Positions 7,489-15,099 of a stretch of DNA of 17,868 nt are shown piece after piece. Under the pieces are notes generated by a model. It was given only the letters and a program-made list of their open reading frames with translations, searched no databases and had not been told where the DNA came from. Each line of letters starts with the position of its first letter. Position 1 is the first letter of the stretch. Made by a program: the position numbers and the translations under genes. The DNA comes from an uncultured delta proteobacterium (GTDB lineage Bacteria > Desulfobacterota > RBG-13-43-22), in the NCBI GenBank assembly GCA_963802945.1, contig CAWDKY010000004.1, positions 1 to 17,868 of the forward strand, in the 5' to 3' direction.

Positions 7489-8691
7489 TTAGGCCGGCGA
7501 ATTTTTCCTGTGTTTTTTTAACTGCCGGCAATAGATCTTCATCTTGCCGCCTTCACCTTCATTGAAACATCCTCCGCATGAGATGCACTCCGCGGGTCGG
7601 GTATCTCCCTCCCTCCATCGCCTGATAAGGCCGGGTTCACGGATTAAAGGCCGGGAGATGGAGATACAATCCGCAGTACCGGATCGTATGACTGCTTCCA
7701 TGACCGGCAGGCTGCGCATCCCGCCCACCAGACAGAGCGGACCTTGGGTGGCCCTTCGGACGATTCGGGCTTCATTAAGGAAATAGGCTTCCTTTTCGGG
7801 GGCATTGATTCCCACATGAAGCCGGTAAGATGAGGTTCCCAAGAAACCGTTGCTGATTTCAGTGAAAACGACCCCTTCTTTTTCAAGGGTTCGGGCAATT
7901 TGTGCGCCTTCCTCGATGGTCAACCCGGGACGATCATCTTTTGGATCCAATGGTTCCAAGTTTTTCATCCTGCCGACGCTGCGTCCCCAGGTCAGATAGT
8001 CCCCGGGTTTTAGATAGTCACAAACGCCGAGTTTGATCATGATCGGAAAGTCAGGACCAACGGCCTTTTTAATGGATCGGACCACCTCGACGGTGAATCG
8101 CATTCGATTTTCAAGACTACCTCCCCACTGGTCCGTCCGTATATTAGTGCGGGGAGAAAAAAATTGCGACAGGAGATAGCCGTGGGCACCATGAATCTGA
8201 ACCCCGTCGAAACCGCCCTCTTGAACACGTCCGGCCGCTTGCCCGAAGGCCTCGATAACCCTCTCGATGTCCTCCTGACGCATTTCTTTAACTGCCCTTC
8301 CGTAGTTAGGCATGTGATTCACCGGGGAGACGACCAGATACTCCGGGCCGGTCTTGGCTGCCTGGAGGGAAGCCGCTCCTCCGTGGACAATCTGCATGAC
8401 AATCCGGCCGCCACAGTCATGAACGGCTTTGGTCACATCCCTGTATTGCGGAATGTGATCATCGTCCTGGATACCGTTCATGTCGATACCGACCTGGCCG
8501 TTTTTCAGCACGTAGGCAAAACCGGTCATGATAAGGCCCACTCCGTTCTCGGCCAGCGTCTTCATCAATTGTACGTAATCCTCAGTGATGAAACCATTCT
8601 CGTCACTCATGGCATAATAGGTGGCTGAACGCACAAAGCGATTCTTGATCTCGAAATTTCCGATTTTTATAGGTTCAAAAAGTATCGACAT
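7489..8691 (-). CDS. NADH:flavin oxidoreductase (Old Yellow Enzyme family) with a C-terminal Cys cluster
   Basis: LFEPIKIG..IKNRFVRSAT, QIVHGG, GFDGVQIHGAHGYLLSQF, N.RTDQWGGSLENRMRF, SRPLIREP, CISCGGC. GGAG RBS precedes ATG at 8691. Confidence 0.94.
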   Translation of the reverse strand: MSILFEPIKIGNFEIKNRFVRSATYYAMSDENGFITEDYVQLMKTLAENGVGLIMTGFAYVLKNGQVGIDMNGIQDDDHIPQYRDVTKAVHDCGGRIVMQIVHGGAASLQAAKTGPEYLVVSPVNHMPNYGRAVKEMRQEDIERVIEAFGQAAGRVQEGGFDGVQIHGAHGYLLSQFFSPRTNIRTDQWGGSLENRMRFTVEVVRSIKKAVGPDFPIMIKLGVCDYLKPGDYLTWGRSVGRMKNLEPLDPKDDRPGLTIEEGAQIARTLEKEGVVFTEISNGFLGTSSYRLHVGINAPEKEAYFLNEARIVRRATQGPLCLVGGMRSLPVMEAVIRSGTADCISISRPLIREPGLIRRWREGDTRPAECISCGGCFNEGEGGKMKIYCRQLKKHRKNSPA

Positions 8692-8751
8692 GTTTTTCAC
8701 TCCTATTATTATCCCCCGAAAGATCCCTAAGTTCAACCCCGTTTTGGGTTT

Positions 8752-9459
8752 TTATCCTTTTGAGACTGAAGGAACGGCGATTTTTCTGTAATACGAATCC
8801 GAGAGATAAATGGCGGCCAAAGGGTTGTGACCGGTCACCCGGTCTTTGACCGCCAAAACCGTAGTCGGGGCTTTGGCATGTTTGAAAAAAAGGGAATCGT
8901 GGCCGACACATAGTCCCAGAAGGACATTAAGCTCCGTTTTCGATTGGTTCAGAATCTTGGCCTGATAAATTGGATTGCACATGGCCTCATCCGTGCCTTG
9001 ATATATCTTTTCTTTATCCCGGACCCCGATTTTTTCCTTAGGGATTCGACCAGCCTTGCAAATCATTGAAACCACCTCGAACCCATAGGCCTTGAAGATC
9101 CGATCGACAACCTTGGCCTCCTTGACCAGGCCGATACAAAAGGCCAAGCCCAACCTTTGATAGCCCATCTTTTGGGCGAATTCGCAGATTTCCACGATGC
9201 GGGTCTTGGTGGGTTGCATGACATAAGGCCGCTGGTGACGGTTGGCATAGCACTCCCCCTCCTGGATGGAGGCCTGTCGGGCGAATTCCTTGGTCTGTGG
9301 GTCTTCATATTTTTTTACGGCCTCAGTCAATGTGTTTTTATTCAGCAGGGTAGGGCAGCCCTTGGAGCCGACTCCTGCGGAAGAGAAGCAAATTTTCTTT
9401 GCCGTAACGATTTCACAAGAGGCACAAGAAGGTAATACTTTATTTGTTTTTTTTGGCAT
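8752..9459 (-). CDS. DUF1847 family Cys-rich putative metal-binding protein
   Basis: CASC N-terminus, TRIVEICEFAQKMGYQRLGLAFCIGL, CKAG, MCNPIYQA, GLCVGHDSLF, VKDRVTGHNPLAA. Confidence 0.88.
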   Translation of the reverse strand: MPKKTNKVLPSCASCEIVTAKKICFSSAGVGSKGCPTLLNKNTLTEAVKKYEDPQTKEFARQASIQEGECYANRHQRPYVMQPTKTRIVEICEFAQKMGYQRLGLAFCIGLVKEAKVVDRIFKAYGFEVVSMICKAGRIPKEKIGVRDKEKIYQGTDEAMCNPIYQAKILNQSKTELNVLLGLCVGHDSLFFKHAKAPTTVLAVKDRVTGHNPLAAIYLSDSYYRKIAVPSVSKG

Positions 9460-9564
9460 AAAAATTTCCTTTTATGGCATTGACGGACAATATGCCAGGC
9501 CTGATTTGGAACGAAATATCGATCGGCTCACGGCATCGGTAATTTGCTTAGAAGCTTCTTTTGG

Positions 9565-9600
9565 GGGGTAAAAAGTGCACATTAATATCCTTTTTACCCC
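9565..9600. repeat. 11-bp perfect inverted repeat
   Basis: GGGGTAAAAAG (9565-9575) and CTTTTTACCCC (9590-9600), 14-nt spacer. Confidence 0.7.
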
Positions 9601-9637
9601 TCGTTTTTATGAAATTCATTAAGATTTCAATCCCCTG

Positions 9638-9652
9638 GTTTGGTCCGACCTC
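9638..9652. repeat. GGTC-N-GACC palindrome, left copy
   Basis: GTTTGGTCCGACCTC is 13/15 identical to the reverse complement of 11038-11052. Confidence 0.5.
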
Positions 9653-9683
9653 CCATTAACCCACTTTCAATTAAAAAACAAAG

Positions 9684-10952
9684 CTATCGTCTAAATTTGT
9701 TTCGGACAGCAAGACCAAAAAGAGCCGCCTGAAGAGGAATAAAAATTTGACTAAGCAACCTTACAAATTCTCCCCCGATGCCAACCGGTATCAAAGAAAT
9801 ATCCTTTTGAAAAGACAGAAACCGAAGAACACTTAAGAATACCTGTCCTACCTCATTAAGATTGAAATTATGAAAACAACTTATTTGGATGACTTCTGGT
9901 TTGAATCCTGTTTTTTGCATTCCAAAAATAAAGAAGAAACCTACTACGGCACAAATCATAATCATTAGAACCAAAAAAGCCCTGCCAGGGTTTTCACCAT
10001 AGTCACTTGAGAGCTTATAGAGTCTTAGCAAAAAAAACGAAAAAAAATTTTTTATTTCGAGCCTCCTTTTCAACATTTCCTTTTCACGTACATGCCATTC
10101 AGAAGCCTGACTATAGTCGTGCTCATCCAGATATTTCTGCTTTAATCTTCGATAAAGAATCTCAACCCTTTCTAAAGCATCCATTTTTTTCTCAGCATCG
10201 GTATCACCAGCAGCGGGGTCATCTTCGTCTTCTTTCTTTTTTTCGATTGGTACGAGTTTCCGAACAAACAACTCGTCATAAAGAGCACGTCTATTACCTT
10301 CAACCCTGGGGAAAATGCAGTTAATAAATTCAAACTTTCTCAAATCACAATCCAGGAAAGAGACTTTTTTCAGGTCAACTTGGTCAAAACTAATTCTATC
10401 CTTCGTACCTGTAGCATTGAAATCTGCACCATTTAAAAAAGTTTTTCTTATAAAAATGGCCTCTCCTTCGAACACAATCTCGGTGAAATCAGCCTCTTCA
10501 ACAAATTCCGCATATAAAAAATAAGCTCCTCCTTTAAAGGCTGTACAATAAAATTCTGTTTTTTTATTAAATTTCGCCTGATTGAAATATACATCTTTTT
10601 CAAAGATTCCCCATCCGAAGGTAACTGGTCCCTCAAATACAACATTTTTGAAATCCACTTCACCACAGAATAAACATCGTGAAAAATCAATTTCCGGTAA
10701 TGGGTTATCATTATCAAAAATACCAAAACTTATATCGTCAATAAACACTGTTCCAGATAAGTCACATTTTTTGTCTTGTTCCTTTGCTTCGTTAATCTTT
10801 TGAAAAACTTCACCTTTGAATATGGCTGAATCTTTTGGCAATCCTTTCGGCTTGTGAAAGATACAATAATTTCCTGTTCCTGTAGGGTAGGTAAATTTAC
10901 CTTTACACCATCCAAATTGGGTTTCTTTTATGCAAGGAGGATTATTTTGCAC
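9684..10952 (-). CDS. pentapeptide-repeat protein with C-terminal transmembrane helices
   Basis: N-terminal C..C..YCIFH; repeated F-x-x-x-x-F units (DFSRCLFCGEVDFKNVVFEGPVTF...); helical YRRLKQKY...ASEWHVRE; SSDYGENPGRA; two hydrophobic segments; basic RNKFRR end. Visibly AT-rich. Confidence 0.85.
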   Translation of the reverse strand: MQNNPPCIKETQFGWCKGKFTYPTGTGNYCIFHKPKGLPKDSAIFKGEVFQKINEAKEQDKKCDLSGTVFIDDISFGIFDNDNPLPEIDFSRCLFCGEVDFKNVVFEGPVTFGWGIFEKDVYFNQAKFNKKTEFYCTAFKGGAYFLYAEFVEEADFTEIVFEGEAIFIRKTFLNGADFNATGTKDRISFDQVDLKKVSFLDCDLRKFEFINCIFPRVEGNRRALYDELFVRKLVPIEKKKEDEDDPAAGDTDAEKKMDALERVEILYRRLKQKYLDEHDYSQASEWHVREKEMLKRRLEIKNFFSFFLLRLYKLSSDYGENPGRAFLVLMIMICAVVGFFFIFGMQKTGFKPEVIQISCFHNFNLNEVGQVFLSVLRFLSFQKDISLIPVGIGGEFVRLLSQIFIPLQAALFGLAVRNKFRR

Positions 10953-11037
10953 CTTTTCCCTCTTTCTTATTTTATTCCAATTTAAAAAATCAAAACAAGA
11001 GAATCTGCCTCAAAAAAACCGTTTATCTGCAGGACTT

Positions 11038-11052
11038 GGGGTCGGACCAGAC
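11038..11052. repeat. GGTC-N-GACC palindrome, right copy
   Basis: GGGGTCGGACCAGAC is inverted relative to 9638-9652 with a perfect 10-bp core TGGTCCGACC. Confidence 0.5.
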
Positions 11053-11098
11053 TAACCCGTTTAAATGTCACCATAACCGTTCCATTGTTGTCTAAGTA

Positions 11099-11398
11099 TC
11101 ACTTAAATTTTGATGTGGCGCTATCGAAGGCTTTTTTTAACTCGCTCCAGGCATTTTCGACGCCTTTTTTCAATTCTCCGGATGCAGCGCCGCCTGCTTT
11201 CTTTAATTCTTCGAGTTTCTTCCGTAACTCATTCCACTTTGTGCGTAAGGCAGCAACTTCCTGATTGAGTTTGACTTTCGTTTCAGCCTTAGTCTTGCTC
11301 GCCTTGGCTTTAAATTGTTCAAGATCGATCCCCCAATTTTTGAGTTGGGCTTCCAATTTTTCTACCTTAATTTGGATTTCTTTTTTTTCTTGTTCCAT
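11099..11398 (-). CDS. small coiled-coil protein (sll1863-like stress family, tentative)
   Basis: KLEAQLKNW..DLEQFKAKA...LEELKKAG......LKKGVENAWSELKKAFDSATSKFK pattern. Confidence 0.75.
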   Translation of the reverse strand: MEQEKKEIQIKVEKLEAQLKNWGIDLEQFKAKASKTKAETKVKLNQEVAALRTKWNELRKKLEELKKAGGAASGELKKGVENAWSELKKAFDSATSKFK

Positions 11399-11577
11399 AG
11401 GTTTCTTTCGAAAAGCCCAAGAAGGGCATGGTTTTTGGGGTGAATGTTAACAAAGAAACCTTTAGATTTTTATGGTACAACCGGCTAATTTGTCAAGATA
11501 AATATTGAACTGATCGTACTGGAAGATTTCGGTTATCCCTGTTTTGAGGTTTTTGGGTCAAAGGTTTGGATTTTAAG

Positions 11578-13365
11578 TTATCTGGTAGTCTTCGTCTTGC
11601 GCAGGCGAATGGATAGAGGGGTTACTTCCACCTGTTCGTCGTCATTGATATACTCCATGGCTTGCTCTAAAGTAAAACGTCGTGGAGGGACCAGACGCAA
11701 GGCCTCATCCGCATTGGCGGCCCGGATGTTGGTCAGTTTTTTTTCTTTGGTGATGTTGACCCATAGGTCCTCGGGCCGGGAATTTTCTCCGATAATCATA
11801 CCAGCATAGACCGGGTCCCCAGGACTGACAAAAATAACACCTCTGGGCTGGAGGTGAAAGATGGCATAGGCTACAGCTTTTACCGGCCGGTCGGAAACCA
11901 AAACGCCGTTCGGTCTGGAGGGAATGGCCCCGGCATAAGGCGTATGACCGATGACCAGGGTATTGAACAGCCCGGTGCCCCGGGTATCGGTCAAAAACTG
12001 GCTTCGAAAACCGATCAATCCTCGGGAAGGGATTTCAAATTCCAAACGCACACGGCCCGAGCCGTGGTTGATCATTTTGGTCATCCGGCCGCGACGGGCA
12101 CTGAGTTTCTCACTGACCACGCCGACGTAACCTTCAGGAATGTCCACTACAGCCAGTTCCAAGGGTTCCATAAGTTTCCCATCGATCTGACGGGTGATGA
12201 TCTTTGGCTTGGAAAGAGAAAGCTCGAAACCTTCCCGGCGCATCATTTCCACTAAGACGGCCAACTGTAATTCGCCCCGGGCGCTGACTTTAAAAGCATC
12301 CCGATTTTCCGTTTCTTCAACGCCTATACTGACATTGTAAAGAAGTTCCTTATCCAGCCGTTCCTTGATATGCCGAGAGGTCAAAAGACGACCTTCCTTA
12401 CCGGCCAGGGGAGAGGTATTGACGGAAAAGACCATGGATAGGGTCGGTTCTTCTACGGTAATACTCGGCAACGGTCGGGGATCATTGGGGTCGCCTAAGG
12501 TGTCTCCGATAAAAACCTCGGCCACTCCGGCCACGGCAGCGATATCCCCAGCCTCAATCAATTCTTGCTCCACCCGGTTGAGCCCTTCATAGGTATAAAC
12601 CTGGCTGAGGATAGCCGTGCCGGTCAGCTCTCCGCCCTTGAGTACGGCCACTTCCTGCCTCAGTTTTAAATGGCCGCCGACTATCTTGCCGACAGCAATT
12701 CGGCCCACATAATCACTGTAATCCAAATTGGTCACCAGGAACTGCAATGGGGCCTCCGGGTCACAGGCCGGGGCGGGGATGGCCGCCAAAATGGCTTCAA
12801 AAAGAGGGGTCAGGTTTTGCCCCTGGCCTTCGGGGTCGGCCAAGGCGATACCGGCCCGGGCATTGGTATAAAGAACCGGAAAATCAAGCTGGTCTTCGGC
12901 GGCCTCCAGATCGATAAATAGATCGTAAATTTCATTCAAGACTTCCTTAATACGCCGATCGGGCCGGTCGATTTTATTGATGACCACGATAGGGGGAAGC
13001 CTGCGTTCCAGGGCCTTGCCCAGGACAAATCGGGTCTGAGGAAGAGGCCCTTCCGTCGCATCCACCAGCAGCATGACCCCGTCCACCATATTCAAAGTCC
13101 GCTCCACTTCCCCGCCGAAGTCAGCATGCCCCGGTGTATCGACGATATTGATCTTGACCCCTTGATAGACAATGGCCGTATTCTTGGCCATAATGGTGAT
13201 GCCTTTTTCCCGTTCTAGGTCCAGGCTGTCCATCACCCGCTCGACGACCTGCTGGTTCTCCCTGAAGATGCCGCTCTGCCAAAGCATGGCATCCACCAAA
13301 GTGGTCTTGCCGTGATCCACATGAGCAATGATGGCCAAATTTCGTAAATCCTGACGCGTAGGCAT
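11578..13365 (-). CDS. typA: translational GTPase TypA/BipA
   Basis: [83 protein letters not shown]. Confidence 0.98.
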   Translation of the reverse strand: MPTRQDLRNLAIIAHVDHGKTTLVDAMLWQSGIFRENQQVVERVMDSLDLEREKGITIMAKNTAIVYQGVKINIVDTPGHADFGGEVERTLNMVDGVMLLVDATEGPLPQTRFVLGKALERRLPPIVVINKIDRPDRRIKEVLNEIYDLFIDLEAAEDQLDFPVLYTNARAGIALADPEGQGQNLTPLFEAILAAIPAPACDPEAPLQFLVTNLDYSDYVGRIAVGKIVGGHLKLRQEVAVLKGGELTGTAILSQVYTYEGLNRVEQELIEAGDIAAVAGVAEVFIGDTLGDPNDPRPLPSITVEEPTLSMVFSVNTSPLAGKEGRLLTSRHIKERLDKELLYNVSIGVEETENRDAFKVSARGELQLAVLVEMMRREGFELSLSKPKIITRQIDGKLMEPLELAVVDIPEGYVGVVSEKLSARRGRMTKMINHGSGRVRLEFEIPSRGLIGFRSQFLTDTRGTGLFNTLVIGHTPYAGAIPSRPNGVLVSDRPVKAVAYAIFHLQPRGVIFVSPGDPVYAGMIIGENSRPEDLWVNITKEKKLTNIRAANADEALRLVPPRRFTLEQAMEYINDDEQVEVTPLSIRLRKTKTTR

Positions 13366-13496
13366 AGATAAATTATCTTAACACAGAAGACTCTGAAATA
13401 CTATTTTAATAGAAATTACGAATAAAATTCGATAAGGTCACTACGGAAATTGAAGTTTAAAAAAGAGTAAAATCCGGCGGTGAAACCAGATGGTAT

Positions 13497-14363
13497 ATGG
13501 AAGGGCAAATCATGACTAAAAAAGTAATTCTGGCGATTTTATCCGCCTTCATTATTTATGTCAGTTTTTATTTGATAATCCCGGATGTCTCCAAACTCAA
13601 AAAGGTGAACCCCGGGAAGACCTCATTTATGAAATACCGGGAAAGAGAATGGCAGGAAACAGGGAAGCAAATTCATATCAGGCGGCAATGGGTCCCTTTA
13701 TCCCGGATTTCTCCCTACTTGATCAAGGCGGTGATCATTGCCGAAGATGATAAATTCTGGTCTCATGAAGGGTTTGACTTTGAGGCTATACAAAAAGCCA
13801 TGGAAAAAGACCTTAAGGCTCGAAAATTTAAGGTCGGGGGGAGCACTATCAGCCAGCAACTCATTAAAAATCTCTATTTGACCCCTGCCAAGAACCCGTT
13901 CAGGAAATTGAAAGAAGCCATATTGACATGGAGGATTGAAAGGTCTCTTAGTAAAAAACGAATTATTGAACTCTATCTCAATGTAGTGGAATGGGGGGAA
14001 GGGATATTCGGCATTGAGACTGCTGCCCGTTATTATTATGGAAAATCGGCTGCGGCCCTCAATCCGGAAGAAGCGGCCCGACTGGCTGTAATCCTCCCCA
14101 ATCCCAAAAAATTCAATCCCCTTGGAAATTCCCGTTACGTGACCAAAAGGGCCGGTGTCATTTATAACATCATGGTTAAAAGAGGGATCGTCATCCCGGT
14201 TTTTGAGGAAGTCATGACCTTGGAAGGAGAGGTTGAAGCAGGGAGTAAAGGAGCGCCCCCTCAAGATTTTATTGGGTACCAGATTTCGCCTCTTCCATCT
14301 TCTAACTCCTCTATCGGGCCAAAGGATGAGGATAGGACTAAAACCGTGACGGGTGAGAAATGA
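13497..14363 (+). CDS. mtgA: monofunctional biosynthetic peptidoglycan transglycosylase (GT51)
   Basis: N-terminal TM helix; AEDDKFWSHEGFD, GGSTISQQLIKNL, RKLKE, KKRIIELYLNVVEWG; no transpeptidase domain. The start may be ATG at 13512. Confidence 0.93.
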   Translation: MEGQIMTKKVILAILSAFIIYVSFYLIIPDVSKLKKVNPGKTSFMKYREREWQETGKQIHIRRQWVPLSRISPYLIKAVIIAEDDKFWSHEGFDFEAIQKAMEKDLKARKFKVGGSTISQQLIKNLYLTPAKNPFRKLKEAILTWRIERSLSKKRIIELYLNVVEWGEGIFGIETAARYYYGKSAAALNPEEAARLAVILPNPKKFNPLGNSRYVTKRAGVIYNIMVKRGIVIPVFEEVMTLEGEVEAGSKGAPPQDFIGYQISPLPSSNSSIGPKDEDRTKTVTGEK

Positions 14364-14443
14364 AGGATTTGCGCGCCTTACATCTGAAGTTTTTTACTAT
14401 CCCGTTCCATTTATTGACTTTTTATGAGTTTATCAATGTCAGA

Positions 14444-14499
14444 TTCCAAAATTTAATATCCATCAAAACTATTTGGACAATAAATTATAAATTTTGGAA
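14444..14499. promoter_or_regulatory. 12-bp perfect inverted repeat, candidate enhancer-binding-protein site
   Basis: TTCCAAAATTTA (14444-14455) and TAAATTTTGGAA (14488-14499), upstream of the sigma-54 motif. Confidence 0.45.
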
Positions 14500-14530
14500 A
14501 ATGTGGAGATAAATAGAACCAAAAAAATAT

Positions 14531-14543
14531 TAACCTATTGAAA
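14531..14543 (-). promoter_or_regulatory. IHF-like binding site
   Basis: Minus-strand TTTCAATAGGTTA matches WATCAANNNNTTR with one mismatch and lies between the inverted repeat and the sigma-54 motif. Confidence 0.45.
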
Positions 14544-14561
14544 TAATTCAAAGACATTAAT

Positions 14562-14577
14562 TGGCACAATAAGTGCA
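14562..14577 (+). promoter_or_regulatory. sigma-54 (-24/-12) promoter
   Basis: TGGCAC-AATAA-GTGCA with exact GG-N10-GC spacing, 75 bp upstream of the ATG at 14653. Confidence 0.75.
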
Positions 14578-14652
14578 ATATAAAAGGTCAATATTGCTTT
14601 AAAAGCAAACCAGCTTTTTAAAGGAAATTAATAGGGAAGGAGGTGAAACTAG

Positions 14653-14904
14653 ATGAAAAAATTAATCGTTTGGACCATGACTACGGTATTTGCTATGTGC
14701 GTTTCTTTGGCTTTTGCTGCTGAGCCGGTAAAACCTGCTGCTACTGCCCCGGCTGAACCAGCCAAGGCTGAAGAGAAAGCCCCGGCTGAAAAGATGGTCA
14801 AGAAGGCCAAGAAGGTCAAGAAAGTGAAGAAGGCAAAGAAAGAAGTTAAGAAAGAAGAAAAGAAAGAAGAAAAGAAAGAAGAAAAGAAAGAAGAAAAGAA
14901 ATAA
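14653..14904 (+). CDS. small exported low-complexity Ala/Pro then Lys/Glu-rich protein
   Basis: AAGGAGGT RBS; Sec signal peptide ending SLAFA; mature part AEPVKPAATAPAEP..., (KKA/KKV)4, (KKEE)4; has its own promoter and terminator. Confidence 0.88.
   Translation: MKKLIVWTMTTVFAMCVSLAFAAEPVKPAATAPAEPAKAEEKAPAEKMVKKAKKVKKVKKAKKEVKKEEKKEEKKEEKKEEKK
14848..14901 (+). repeat. 12-bp coding tandem repeat (AAGAAAGAAGAA) x4.5
   Basis: Perfect copies encode KKEE; preceded by a degenerate copy (14836-14847) and four 9-bp KKA/KKV units (14800-14835). Confidence 0.92.
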
Positions 14905-14925
14905 TTTCTTTTCCTTTAACCGAAT

Positions 14926-14965
14926 AAAAAGGTGAAATTGGATCCCAATTTCACCTTTTTGTTTT
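14926..14965 (+). terminator. Rho-independent terminator
   Basis: AAAAAGGTGAAATTGG-ATC-CCAATTTCACCTTTTT: 16-bp perfect stem including A/T tails, followed by GTTTT. Confidence 0.9.
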
Positions 14966-15099
14966 ATGGACCACTGGATTCCTCCCACTCCGCATATTAA
15001 TCCCTTGAAAATCAAAATGAAGCTGTGCTAAGAGTGGAGAAAAATATTTTCCCCATCGCACTGGACGATATTTTCAAAATGACATCTGGAAGGTAGAAG

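Noticed and set aside
11467-11496. TTGACA upstream of the coiled-coil gene
   Set aside because: The best -10 candidate (TACCAT) is only 13 nt away, and hexamers at 16-18 nt are poor.
14662-15015. Minus-strand ORF with FFFL repeats resembling a membrane protein
   Set aside because: It is the reverse complement of the KKEE repeat; the plus strand has the promoter, RBS and terminator.
15004-15056. CTTGAAA and CCCCAT as a sigma-32 heat-shock promoter for Lon
   Set aside because: The elements are about 39 nt apart, far beyond the 13-17 nt spacing.
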